Shown: piece by piece, positions 28,025-38,136 of the stretch
How the letters are laid out: every line of letters begins with the position of its first letter
How positions within the stretch are numbered: position 1 is the first letter of the stretch
From: Alphaproteobacteria bacterium
GTDB taxonomy: Bacteria > Pseudomonadota > Alphaproteobacteria > SP197
Assembly (NCBI GenBank): GCA_965221115.1
Contig: CBDCRU010000002.1
Span: forward strand, 452,045-516,044
DNA length: 64,000 bases
Direction of reading: 5' to 3'
Notes under the pieces: generated by a model
Told to the model about the DNA's origin: nothing
Database searches by the model: none
What the model saw: the letters and a program-made list of their open reading frames with translations, nothing else
Translations under genes and position numbers: made by a program

Positions 28025-30048
28025 GTTAACCCGACTTCCGCAACTCGTCGCGCGATTCGACTGATTTGACGGTTTTCCGGCCCGAGAAGCGGCGGTTTTC
28101 CGTGCGTTGTCTCTCCGGAACGGCGTGTAGTGCCGACCTACCCCCTTGATTGGGCTGGCGAAGATCCGGACTCTGCGCCCATGTTCGTGCGCTGCAAGAG
28201 ACGCTTCAAGGACGGCAAGGAGCACCGCTACTGGAGCGTGGTGGAGAACGTCCGGGTCCACGGCGGCCGGGTTGTTCAGCGTCAGGTGCTCTATCTCGGC
28301 GAGATCAACGACAGCCAGCGCGCGGCGTGGTGCCGCTCGATCGAGGTGGTGGAGGGCAAGTCACGATCGCGGCAGATGGCGCTGTTTCCCGAAGACCGGG
28401 AGGCGCCGGCACTGGCCTGCGAAGTGGTGAAGATCAACCTTGCGCAGGTGGCGCTTCACGACCCGCGCCAGTGGGGAGCGTGCTGGCTGGCGCTATCCTT
28501 GTGGGATCGCCTGGACCTGGACCGCTTCTGGGATGAGCGTCTGCCGCCGAGCCGGCAAGGCACGCGGTGGCTGGACATCCTGAAGATCCAGGTCTGCTAC
28601 CGGCTGATCGACCCGGGCAGCGAGTGGCGGCTTCACCGTCACTGGTACGAGCACAGCGCGCTTCGCGATCTTCTGGGCAGCGAGCGGGCGATCGCCGACG
28701 ACACGCTCTATCGCTGTCTCGACAAGCTTCTGGCGCACAAGCAGGACTTCTTCTCGTTCTTGCGCGACCGCTGGGCGACCCTGTTCGAGGCGCGCTTCGA
28801 CGTGTTGCTCTATGACCTGACCTCGACCTACTTCGAGAGCGATCCTGCGTTCGATGACAAGCGCCGCTTCGGCTACAGCCGGGACAAGCGGCCCGACTGC
28901 GTGCAGGTGGTGATTGCGCTGATCGTCACGCCGGAGGGCTTTCCGCTGGCCTATGAGGTGATGCCGGGGAACACCTCCGACGACGCCACGCTGGCGGCGT
29001 TCCTCGAGAAGATCGAGGATCAGTATGGCCGCTCCGACCGGGTGTGGATCATGGACCGCGGCATCCCCACCGAGGAGACGCTGGCCGCGATGCGCGAGGG
29101 CGATGCGCCGGTGCGCTACCTGGTGGGCACGCCCAAGGGCCGGCTGACGCGGCTCGAGAAGGTGTTCCTGGGCCTGCCCTGGCAGGAGGTGCGCCAGTCG
29201 GTGAACGTCAAGCTTCTGGTCGAGGATGGCGAACTCTACGTCCTGGTGCACAGCGAGGGGCGACAGGTGAAGGAACGCGGCATGCGCCGGCGCCGGCTGA
29301 AGAGACTGTGGCGTCGACTGGTCGAGTTGCAGGGACAGTCGAACAGCCGGGATCAGTTGTTGCTCAAGCTCGGCGGCGCCAGGAAGGAGGCGGGCCGGGC
29401 CTGGAGCCTGGTCGACATCGCCGTGCCCGGGACCGACAGGGAACTCGCCGCCAACGGCTTCTCATTCCGCCTGCGGCGCGACCGGCTGCGCCGGGTCCGC
29501 CGCCGCGAGGGCCGTTACCTGCTGCGATCCAACATGGTCGCCGAAGACCCCGCCACGCTGTGGCATCTGTACATGAAGCTCGTCGAGATCGAGCAGGCAT
29601 TCAAGGAACTCAAGCACGACCTCGCAATCCGCCCCATCTTCCATCAACGCGAGGAGCGCATCGAGGCGCACATCTTCGTCTCGTTCATCGCCTACTGTCT
29701 GCTGGTGACCCTGAAGAACCTCGCCCGGCCGCGCGCCTCGGGCCTCACCCCGCGCGCCATCCTCGAGGCCTTCGCCACCATCCAGATGGTGGACGTCCAT
29801 CTGCCCACCACCGACGGCCGGCACCTCGTGCTGCCGCGCCACACTCGACCGAACAAGGAGCACCAGCTACTGCTGCACCAGCTCGGCATGACCCTGCCGC
29901 AACAGCCTGCGCCGCGGATCTCCGCCTGACGACGAGCGGGGCCGCCTCTCCGTTCGGTCCCGTGTAGTGCCGACCTTCGGAGGGCCGATCAAGACTATTC
30001 AATGAGTTAGCATCCTCACGACCCCCGAGTTGCGGAAGTCGGGTTAAC
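28025..30048 (+). mobile_element. IS1634-family insertion sequence (IS4 superfamily) with perfect 23-bp terminal inverted repeats
   Basis: IR-L GTTAACCCGACTTCCGCAACTCG at 28025..28047 is the exact reverse complement of IR-R at 30026..30048. Subterminal direct motif CGTGTAGTGCCGACCT at both ends. Confidence 0.85.
28130..29929 (+). CDS. IS1634-family transposase
   Basis: 599 aa. Motifs LYDLTSTYFES, DKRPDCVQVVIALIVTPEGFPLAYEVMPGNTSD and DRGIPTEETL. Confidence 0.85.
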   Translation: MPTYPLDWAGEDPDSAPMFVRCKRRFKDGKEHRYWSVVENVRVHGGRVVQRQVLYLGEINDSQRAAWCRSIEVVEGKSRSRQMALFPEDREAPALACEVVKINLAQVALHDPRQWGACWLALSLWDRLDLDRFWDERLPPSRQGTRWLDILKIQVCYRLIDPGSEWRLHRHWYEHSALRDLLGSERAIADDTLYRCLDKLLAHKQDFFSFLRDRWATLFEARFDVLLYDLTSTYFESDPAFDDKRRFGYSRDKRPDCVQVVIALIVTPEGFPLAYEVMPGNTSDDATLAAFLEKIEDQYGRSDRVWIMDRGIPTEETLAAMREGDAPVRYLVGTPKGRLTRLEKVFLGLPWQEVRQSVNVKLLVEDGELYVLVHSEGRQVKERGMRRRRLKRLWRRLVELQGQSNSRDQLLLKLGGARKEAGRAWSLVDIAVPGTDRELAANGFSFRLRRDRLRRVRRREGRYLLRSNMVAEDPATLWHLYMKLVEIEQAFKELKHDLAIRPIFHQREERIEAHIFVSFIAYCLLVTLKNLARPRASGLTPRAILEAFATIQMVDVHLPTTDGRHLVLPRHTRPNKEHQLLLHQLGMTLPQQPAPRISA

Positions 30049-31244
30049 TTGAAGGACGGGTCAGCTGGAGTCGGCCATTCCAAGATCATCGGGTCACCCG
30101 TCGTTGGAATGTGAGACCGATGTTGTTCCGCGAAATCACGGATGGCCGTCACCGGGCGCTTGGGGAGCACCATCCGGACATCCCCATGCCCGGTCTCTCC
30201 GGGGGCGTGGCCGTACACCATCACATTAGTTTCGACGAGCTGTTCACAATGGAGCCCGCGGTCGTCGGCATAGCGCAAGAGCATCGGAAACTCGCAGCGC
30301 GGACGTTCGAACCTACCTTGAAAGATCCCGAAACGCATGGTTGAGAGTGTCGCCACCGGGATGCTCACATTGGCGGTCCCGCCCCGTCCTTCGAAGTGCC
30401 GCGCGCTATCGCGGTTGAGCAGGGCAATCAACCCGATCGCACCACCCGGAAGCGGCGAGCCTGTAAGGGCGTTTGGGCCACGCGTCGGATCGGTCGCATT
30501 GGGATCGAGGAGGACATACGATGGAGCTATCTGTGGGTTTGGAACTGACACCATTCCACCCGTCCCGACCGGAGGGAATCGGACTAGGGGAACAAGTCCA
30601 ACCAACAGTCCAGCGGTAGCGCCTTGCGCGACAACGGGTGGACGGATTCGTGACGATCGAGTGCGCCTCAAGATGCCGACCGCTGCCAATGCGGCAATAT
30701 CGCTGGGTTTGCTGACGATATGGGCGCCGCCTGTAGATTCATCAAACCAAACATCGACAGCGGACGCGATCTCAGCAAGGATGCGGCCCGAATCTCCTTT
30801 GGCCGTGTCAAGGATGATTCCAGCTTCAACGTTCAGGCCGGATACACCCGAAGATGTTAAGTTCGCAGAGCCCACATATGCGGTTTGTGTGCCATCGGTC
30901 CGAACCGCGTGATAGACCTTCGGGTGATACAAGCCGGTCGAATAACTGACGACGGCTATGTTTGCGTCCCTGCGCGGCCAGCCGATTAGGTCCGCCAGAT
31001 TTTCCAAATCCGGCTGTGCCGTGTCGCCTCCATTGGATCCCAAGACGCAACGGATTGCCATGTCGTGTTCGGTGAGGCTTTGCAGGAGCGGCATCAACGG
31101 AGCAAGCCCTTCGGAAGAGAAGTACCCTGATTGGAAGCGAAAGTAGGAAATGTCCTGGTCACACAAACTCTTTAGCCACGTACCCACGGCATGGGCGGGA
31201 TTCCTGCTGCCAGTATCAATGTACCACATCTCGGCTTCTCCCAA
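30049..31244 (-). pseudogene. PLD-family (HKD) nuclease, candidate restriction endonuclease, 3' end cut by the IS1634 insertion
   Basis: Single HKD motif LYHPKVYHAVRTDGTQTAYVGSANLTSSG about 100 residues from the N-terminus. The ORF reads straight into IR-R (...PADPSFK|LTRLPQL). Joining across the IS restores about 50 more codons ending near 27897. Confidence 0.55.
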
Positions 31245-31530
31245 TCACTGCTCCGGCGATATCTTAGAGCACGGCGTCAGTCCGAGATCATGACTTCTCC
31301 CGTGCGTTCGTACCATCCCTCGGCCCCAACCGGCGGAGATTGGGTTGCAGACACAGTACATTGCCACAACGCTTAAGATTGATGCCATTGAGCCAATCTG
31401 GCCGAATTCGCACCCTCTCGATCATCTCGGCTTCCAAGCCAAGGCGATTGACCTTAAGCAAGTCGCAAAAGTGATTACCATTGATTGGGGCGATCGCAAT
31501 CGCGCCAGTTCGGGCAGCTTCGTCAGAAGC

Positions 31531-31760
31531 CTAGCTGTTGAAGTGATCCGTCATGATGAACAGGCCCTTATCTGCGCCTCCCTGTAAGGCACCGCCAAAC
31601 TCTCGGATTTCTTTGGCACCAACGCTCCCACTCCACCGCTTGCACCAGAAACAGATCCGAAACGAAACAAGGTTCACACGAAGCACGCCAACACTATCGA
31701 TTCCTCCATCGCCTGACTTTCCGTGCACACATCGACTCCGGCGAATCCCCCTTCGCGCCA
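31531..31760 (-). pseudogene. Mrr-family restriction endonuclease catalytic-domain remnant
   Basis: The C-terminal GDGGIDSVGVLRVNLVSFRICFWCKRWSGSVGAKEIREFGGALQGGADKGLFIMTDHF matches the Mrr_cat core. The N-terminal part is absent. Confidence 0.5.
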
Positions 31761-32277
31761 GGGCCTCTGCGACAGCCGTGCGAATGCGCCCGGCAACATC
31801 GCTCCCAGTACAGCTCTGAGAGATGGTTTCCGGTTCTCCTCCCACTCTGGGGTACCCTCCTCTGGTTCCACGACGTCCAATTCTGCCACCTGCACGGCAT
31901 CGACCCCTACCCGAGGGCGCTCGATGTCCTTCAGCGGGCCTCGATCCATCTCGACCCAGCTTTGGCCCAGCTAACGCCGCGCCTGTGGCAAGACCACTTC
32001 GCCGATGACCCGATGACATCCGATGTCACCAGGGCCGTATCCGCGAAGGTGCTGCAGGCAGCCTGAATTACAGACTGGCCAGTCGGTCGGGACTCCCGGT
32101 ATCAAGGCATCGCTAAATGTGCATATACGTCGGAACTCCAGCCACGCTCCTTCACGATCAGTACCAAATACGTCCAAGTCCACAACACGAGCCGCCCTAT
32201 TCCTCAACGTCGTTCGGTGGCATCATACCTATCCCCATACTCAAACACCGAACTATACCTTACAAGGAACTTAACCA

Positions 32278-34446
32278 ATGCAGCGAGTGACGATCAATCT
32301 CGAGAACTGCTACGGCATAAGAAGTCTTCATAGAAGGCTCGATTATTCTGCCACTCAGGCATTTGCCCTGTACGCGCCAAACGGAGTGATGAAATCTTCT
32401 TTGGCAAAAACATTTCAAGATGCCGCCGAGGAACGGGATTCGCAAGACCGCATTTTTCCAAATAGAACGACCTTCCGCCAGATTTCTGATGAGAACAACC
32501 AAGAAATACAAGGAAGACGTATTTTAGTGGTATTTCCTTATGACGAGGACTTGGGTGTCAATGAGCAGACCTCCACGTTGCTTTTGGATCCAACATTAAA
32601 GAAAGAGTACGATGATCTGCTTCGAGCCACCGCTGAAGCCAAATCCATTTTGCTCAAGCAAATTAAAGAACAATCAAACTCCAAATTAGACATGGAAACA
32701 GAGATATCCTCTGCAATCATGCCCACTCCGAATGAATTCGACGCGGCGCTGATCCGCGTCAAAAGAGAAGTTGAGGAGCAGAAAGATGCTGTATTTTCAG
32801 ACTTACAGTATGACAAAGTATTCAATGAAAAGGTTCTGAAAGCTCTAAATGCGAGAGACCTAAAGAACGCCATACACGAGTATGCTCAACGCTACAATGA
32901 ACTGTTAGCCGCATCTATCTATTTCAAGAAGGGTACATTCGACTATTACAACGCCGCACAAATCGCGAAGAGTCTCTCAGACAACGGATTTTTCGATGCA
33001 AGGCATTCAGTTAGTCTCAATGCGGATACTGGTAATCAGGAAATCACAGACAGAGATCAATTAGAAGAAATAATTTCGCAAGAAAAGAATGCAATCCTCG
33101 CAGACGTCGCACTTCGCAGAAAATTTGACGACGTTGCGCGTCAATTAATGCGAAATGCTGAATTGCGGGAGTTCTACAGTTACGTCCGCGACAACGAGGC
33201 AATTTTATCGCGACTAAACAACCCCGAAGGGCTCAGGCAGGACGTACTCAAGGATTACCTTAAAGTTCATGAAGCACTCTATAGCGATTGGATGACCAAG
33301 TATGATGCCGCCCAGAAACGTCGCAAAGAGCTAGAAGATGAAGCGCACGCACAGAGAACCCAGTGGGAAGCGGTAATTGACATATTCAACGAACGCTTCT
33401 TTGTCCCGTTTAAGCTGGAAGCCAAGAACAAGACGGATGTTATGCTTGGTCGTACATCAATCATTAATCTTGGCTTTACCTACATTGATGGAGACGACAG
33501 CGCTGAACTTAATCACAACGAACTGCTCCAGTCTTTGAGTACTGGAGAAAGAAAAGCCTTGTACGTGTTAAATGTAATTTTTGAGATCGAAACTCGGAAA
33601 ACCGCAGGGCAAGAAACACTCATAGTAGTGGATGATCTGGCGGACTCATTCGACTACCGAAACAAGTATGCGATTATTCAATACTTACGAGATATATCTG
33701 GTGAGGGTCTATTCAAATTACTCATTATGACGCATAACTTTGATTTTCTTCGGACTATAGAGAGTAGATTTGTTGGGTATTCGAACTGTCTTATGGCGTC
33801 GAAGGATGAGACTGGTATAACGATCTCCAGAGCGTCTGGTATACGAAACATATTTGCAAGAGATTGGAAGCGTCACTTTTTTGACGACCCAAAGAAGAAA
33901 ATAGCCTCCATACCTTTCTTGCGTAACTTAGTAGAAATGACTACCGGCGAGGATGATGCGCGTTATGGGGAACTCACATCCATGCTCCATTGGAAAGATG
34001 GATCGGATACTATCACCGTAGGTCAATTGGACACAATATATAACAGCATTTGTCAGGAAGACGGACAATCGACAGCGCCGGCGCAGTTGGTGTTTGATCT
34101 GATAGTGGAGGAAGGAGATAAATGCTTAGGCACGCACTCCGGGGTCCAGATGGAAAACAAAATCGTTTTGGCAATCGCAATACGTCTATTATCTGAGCGC
34201 TTTATGATTGATAAAATTGCAGATCCAGCGTTTGTAGCAACGTTGACTGCAAATCAGGCCCATGGTTTGACAGAGGAGTTTAAGCGGCGTTTTTCTGGTG
34301 AAGACAGCACAATAAGTGTTCTTGATCGTGTCAGTCTTATGACACCTGAAAATATACATGTAAATTCTTTCATGTATGAACCCATAATCGATATGTCTGA
34401 TGACCATCTGCGAAAGTTGTATTCGGATGTCAAGAGATTGAAGTAG
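32278..34446 (+). CDS. AAA_13 / RloC-PrrC-like ABC ATPase with a long coiled-coil insertion and a C-terminal effector-like domain (722 aa)
   Basis: Markedly AT-rich. N-terminal ITINLENCYGIRSL then a degenerate P-loop YAPNGVMKSS. About 370-aa helical insertion. Signature LSTGERKALYVL, Walker B LIVVDDLADSFD, H-loop LLIMTHNF. The C-terminal about 230 aa has an R-x3-E ... H arrangement (IRLLSE...ANQAHG). Confidence 0.6.
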   Translation: MQRVTINLENCYGIRSLHRRLDYSATQAFALYAPNGVMKSSLAKTFQDAAEERDSQDRIFPNRTTFRQISDENNQEIQGRRILVVFPYDEDLGVNEQTSTLLLDPTLKKEYDDLLRATAEAKSILLKQIKEQSNSKLDMETEISSAIMPTPNEFDAALIRVKREVEEQKDAVFSDLQYDKVFNEKVLKALNARDLKNAIHEYAQRYNELLAASIYFKKGTFDYYNAAQIAKSLSDNGFFDARHSVSLNADTGNQEITDRDQLEEIISQEKNAILADVALRRKFDDVARQLMRNAELREFYSYVRDNEAILSRLNNPEGLRQDVLKDYLKVHEALYSDWMTKYDAAQKRRKELEDEAHAQRTQWEAVIDIFNERFFVPFKLEAKNKTDVMLGRTSIINLGFTYIDGDDSAELNHNELLQSLSTGERKALYVLNVIFEIETRKTAGQETLIVVDDLADSFDYRNKYAIIQYLRDISGEGLFKLLIMTHNFDFLRTIESRFVGYSNCLMASKDETGITISRASGIRNIFARDWKRHFFDDPKKKIASIPFLRNLVEMTTGEDDARYGELTSMLHWKDGSDTITVGQLDTIYNSICQEDGQSTAPAQLVFDLIVEEGDKCLGTHSGVQMENKIVLAIAIRLLSERFMIDKIADPAFVATLTANQAHGLTEEFKRRFSGEDSTISVLDRVSLMTPENIHVNSFMYEPIIDMSDDHLRKLYSDVKRLK

Positions 34447-34567
34447 GTTTGGTTCTGCAGAGAGTGTTCAGGTTCGGAGAACGGCCGTGTCAGCTGATAG
34501 CAGACCTGATTAGACGTTAAGCGAGATCACGAGACGCTAATGTCTCCCGATTTGCGTTTCGTGGTTC

Positions 34568-34592
34568 GAGGCTGCGGGGGCGTGGCAGCCTC
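34568..34592. terminator. GC-rich hairpin between convergent genes (GAGGCTGC-loop-GCAGCCTC), overlapping the stop of the minus-strand ATPase gene
   Basis: Perfect 8-bp stem seen in the sequence. No U-tract. Confidence 0.25.
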
Positions 34593-37500
34593 AACTTCCT
34601 ACGGTGGACGGTTGCCAACTGTGTTGGGCCTGTGTTTCTACTGGATCCGGTAGTTCGTGAATTCTGACTGCCGAACAAACGTCTTTGGCAATGGCGCAAA
34701 GATGTTGATGGTGCCCGAGATAGACGACCTGGCCGACCCTTGCCATGTCAGCAAAAACACGGAATGCTTCTCTTGCGCGGAAGTCGTCCGAGGTCTCGAG
34801 AATGTCGTCGGCGATGAAAGGGACCGGGCCGTGCTGGTCGACGAACTCCAGATAGCCCGCTACGCGCAAGGCGAGATAGAGCTGGAAACGAGCACCCTTT
34901 GACATCTGCGAGGCAATCTTAGCGTCTCCGCCGGCACTGATGCCGAGCAGCACTTCTCCCTTATCCGTCAACTGGGACTCCAACCGGGAATAGGCGCCTC
35001 GGCTGATTGTGCGGAAAGCCTCGGAGGCACGTTCCATCATGGTGCTGCGATGTTCGTCTCGATAGGTCTGCAACGCACGATCGGCGGCCTCGATGCCGAT
35101 TCGGGTGAGAACGTAGTCCAGTGCGCGCTCCTGGATGTCGAGAATACACGTGCGACGCTCCCCTTCGAGCCGAGCTACGGCTCCGTCACCACCTATCGCG
35201 TTGATAGCCTCTTTGGCGGTTTCCATTTCGTGATAGAGCTTCTGCGTTCGCTCCGAGATGTCGGCGAGGCGGGCCCCGGTCTCGGCAATCCTGTTCTCAA
35301 GGTCATCGTCGCTTGCGTCCGTGAGAGCGGCTTCCGCCGCGTCCAGCGATTCCACCTTCATCGCTTCGACCAAGCCGGCCTCGCGTTGGGACAGATCTTC
35401 GCGGAGGGTCTTGCGCCGTGATACCTGTTGCAGTTTCTCGTCCACTGCCCGAAGAGAATCCACGCCGAATGCCTCGAACATCGGAGAAGCAAGCGCGTGC
35501 AGCTCGGCCAGACCGCCTTCTACCGATGTGATTTCTTCAGAGAGAGCGGAGATTCTTTTGTTCAGCCCTTCGCGGGAGGTTTGATTGGCGACCGCCGCTA
35601 CCAAGCGAGCCTTGAGAGCATCACCCTGCACCACGGGGCGCTCGGGTTCGAATTCGCCGCCAAGTTCCTCCACCAGACCTCTTACCTCATCTGCGTAGGC
35701 GGCCTGATCGCTTTCCATTCGGACCACGCGGTTCTGAAGCTCGTCGCGTTTGGTCAGGGTGGAGTCGAGGAGCGTGACCTCTTCGAGTATTCGGCGGACC
35801 GCAGAGGTGGTGGGTTGGGGATCGAGATCTGCCAGCCAGGAACCGGACAGCCCTATCGTCCATTCCTCGCGCCAGGCTGCATCGTCATCGCCAGCTCGAC
35901 GCGCATCGCGTTGCCGACGGACCAGTTCGGCCTTTGCCCTGTCAAGATGTTCCTTCGCAGCGGTCGTCGCGGCTCGTCGTTCGGTGAAGAGCGCAAGGGC
36001 TCGGCGCGCGATCTCAATGAGCTCCTTTGGTTCACCGTCTGGATTGTGCGCAAGACTGGCTGCGGTCAAAGCTTCGCTGAGCCTTTGCCGATGGTCGAGG
36101 GCATCCCGCCGAGCGCGATCAATCTCCGCGCTCTCGCGACCCAGGCGGGCGAGCGTCTCCAGAATTCCGGCACGGCGCTCCATCCAACCCGACAATTTGG
36201 CAAGTGAGATGTCGGAGGGCATATCACCGGCGCCTGTACGGGACATGACAGCGACAGCGGAAGCAATCCGGCCTAGCACCGCCTGCTGGTTTCCGCGCGC
36301 CTGCACGAGTTCTTCTTCATTGCGTGCGATCTCCGTCTCCAAGTTCCGCAGCGCTTCGGCGGCTTGCCTTAACTCGGCCAACCCCGTCGCATGGGCGATA
36401 CGCCCGGATGTGGCTGCATCGTCGTCCTTCAACCGTTCTTCGAATGTGTCGGCGGACTCTTCGTCCAACACAGCGCGGTGAAGAGTCCATGCCTCGTCCC
36501 TCAGGACGCGCAGGCGCTCGGCCTCTTCATCTCCGACGACGCCGGTCTCCGCCGTTCGACGTTCGGCCTGTTCCGATAGGCGGCGGCTCTCCGCGGCAAG
36601 CCTGGTCTTTTCGCGGGCGATGCGCTCGATTTCCCGATGCGCTTCGTCGAGAGCAGAACTCCAATTCTGCATCTCCTCTTGTTCGGGAACATGAACGCCC
36701 GCCAGAGCTTCGGCTTCGCCACTCCAGGGATGAAGTTGCGCGAGTTGCTCGTCAATCTGGGCCTTTAGGTCGCGGCACTGCTTGTCGTGGAGCGCGAATC
36801 GCGCGGCGAAGTCGTCGGACTGTATCTCCTTCATGACCTCGTTCAGACGTCCGATCACATCGTCATTCGTGTCAGCGCCGTTCGAGGTCTTGGCGAATTC
36901 ACCAGTAGCAGTCGCGGCCGTGTCCTTTGCAGCTTCCAGTTCTTCGGCAGATGCCCTTACTCGTTCTTCGATCCCGGACCGCTGTTCAATAAGTTCATAC
37001 AGCACTCCCACCGTACCGGCGGGAATGACAAGGGTTCGGGAATCGGTGTCGGCGGCCTTGTTCAACCGCCGGACGACGGCTTCGATGGTGCCCACGTGTT
37101 CGGCGAGGTTCGTGCGGCGCTTCGGAAGGTCGTCTTCGGCTGTCACGTATCGGGCGCGCCCCTTGTCGAGCGAAGCGAGGCGGTCCTTCAGTTGGAGGAT
37201 CGCTTCGTCAGGAACCAGAGCTTCCCGCTCTTCGTGGCGGTTTCGTTGCTGGTCCCGTAGCCCTTTGACTCTCTCGGTGAGCTTGGGTTCATCGGCTATG
37301 AGGTTGGAGATCTGCGTGAACCAGAGCTCCGGCACCTCTGGCAATCCTTGCAAATCGGCAAGCTCTTCCCGTATGGGACGGATTTGCGCGAGTTGGCGCA
37401 AACCATCCATGCGACGCACGGCCTCTTCCCGACCCGCTTCAAGCTTGGCGCGTAGGGTCATCGCTTCGTCATAGGCGCTGCTGGCGGCGTCGCGTTCGGC

Positions 37501-38136
37501 AGCCAGACGGGCATGGGCGCTCGCGGCGGTGTCTAGCGTTTTCTTCTCACGTTCAAGCTGTTCAAGTCGGACCTTGAGCTCGTGGAGCTCAGTACTGCGG
37601 CTTCTCACCTTATGAAAGCTCTCGGCGGAGTCGCGAAGCCGGTTCAGGGTTTCGCTGAGTTCGACAAGTCCGGCACCCGTCGCGAAGAGGAGCTGACCCA
37701 GATTGCCCTTGCTTCGGAGGATTTGTTCTCCGCCCGCTTCCAGGCTGTCGTCGTCGAGCGAGAACATGGCCCTGTAGATTTCGCGGTTCATGCCTCCCAG
37801 GGCGTTGACAAGCAGGTCGTCCGACACCGATCTGCCGCTTTCGTCAAGGAGGCTGCCCTGGCGCCTTCTGATACGGACGAGACGCCGGACCGTGCCGCCG
37901 ATATTCAGGTCGGCCTCGACCTGCATAGCTTCGTAGCCATGCGCAAAGCCGTAGGGACTGCGGTGCTCAAATGCGAAGAGTAAGTCGAGGAAGCCTGCAA
38001 GGGCCGTGGACTTCCCGGATTCGTTGGGACCGTAGACCACGTGCAAGTCAGGTTTGCCTTGGATGGGTTCGCCGAAGTCGATGACGCGGTCAGAGAATAT
38101 TCCGTAACGGGTCAGAGCAAGACGGTCCAAGCGCAT
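34591..38136 (-). CDS. SbcC/YhaN-like coiled-coil ABC ATPase (about 1181 aa from the coupled ATG)
   Basis: N-terminal Walker A GPNESGKST. Very long Ala/Glu/Arg-rich coiled coil without a CxxC hook. C-terminal signature LSKGARFQLYLAL, Walker B FIADDILETSDD, H-loop VYLGHHQH. Its start overlaps the stop of the upstream phosphoesterase gene (ATGA). Confidence 0.8.
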   Translation of the reverse strand: MRLDRLALTRYGIFSDRVIDFGEPIQGKPDLHVVYGPNESGKSTALAGFLDLLFAFEHRSPYGFAHGYEAMQVEADLNIGGTVRRLVRIRRRQGSLLDESGRSVSDDLLVNALGGMNREIYRAMFSLDDDSLEAGGEQILRSKGNLGQLLFATGAGLVELSETLNRLRDSAESFHKVRSRSTELHELKVRLEQLEREKKTLDTAASAHARLAAERDAASSAYDEAMTLRAKLEAGREEAVRRMDGLRQLAQIRPIREELADLQGLPEVPELWFTQISNLIADEPKLTERVKGLRDQQRNRHEEREALVPDEAILQLKDRLASLDKGRARYVTAEDDLPKRRTNLAEHVGTIEAVVRRLNKAADTDSRTLVIPAGTVGVLYELIEQRSGIEERVRASAEELEAAKDTAATATGEFAKTSNGADTNDDVIGRLNEVMKEIQSDDFAARFALHDKQCRDLKAQIDEQLAQLHPWSGEAEALAGVHVPEQEEMQNWSSALDEAHREIERIAREKTRLAAESRRLSEQAERRTAETGVVGDEEAERLRVLRDEAWTLHRAVLDEESADTFEERLKDDDAATSGRIAHATGLAELRQAAEALRNLETEIARNEEELVQARGNQQAVLGRIASAVAVMSRTGAGDMPSDISLAKLSGWMERRAGILETLARLGRESAEIDRARRDALDHRQRLSEALTAASLAHNPDGEPKELIEIARRALALFTERRAATTAAKEHLDRAKAELVRRQRDARRAGDDDAAWREEWTIGLSGSWLADLDPQPTTSAVRRILEEVTLLDSTLTKRDELQNRVVRMESDQAAYADEVRGLVEELGGEFEPERPVVQGDALKARLVAAVANQTSREGLNKRISALSEEITSVEGGLAELHALASPMFEAFGVDSLRAVDEKLQQVSRRKTLREDLSQREAGLVEAMKVESLDAAEAALTDASDDDLENRIAETGARLADISERTQKLYHEMETAKEAINAIGGDGAVARLEGERRTCILDIQERALDYVLTRIGIEAADRALQTYRDEHRSTMMERASEAFRTISRGAYSRLESQLTDKGEVLLGISAGGDAKIASQMSKGARFQLYLALRVAGYLEFVDQHGPVPFIADDILETSDDFRAREAFRVFADMARVGQVVYLGHHQHLCAIAKDVCSAVRIHELPDPVETQAQHSWQPSTVGS

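Noticed and set aside
29745-30048. C-terminal about 100 residues of the 499-aa minus-strand ORF 29745..31244
   Set aside because: This part is read-through into the IS1634 inverted repeat and the transposase antisense strand. Only 30049..31244 is nuclease-derived.
34744-34912. The duplicated ATPase segment as a candidate attL/attR pair of an integrated element
   Set aside because: The repeat is internal to the gene and does not include its 3' end or stop. The flanks are unrelated. It is better explained as a paralogue remnant.
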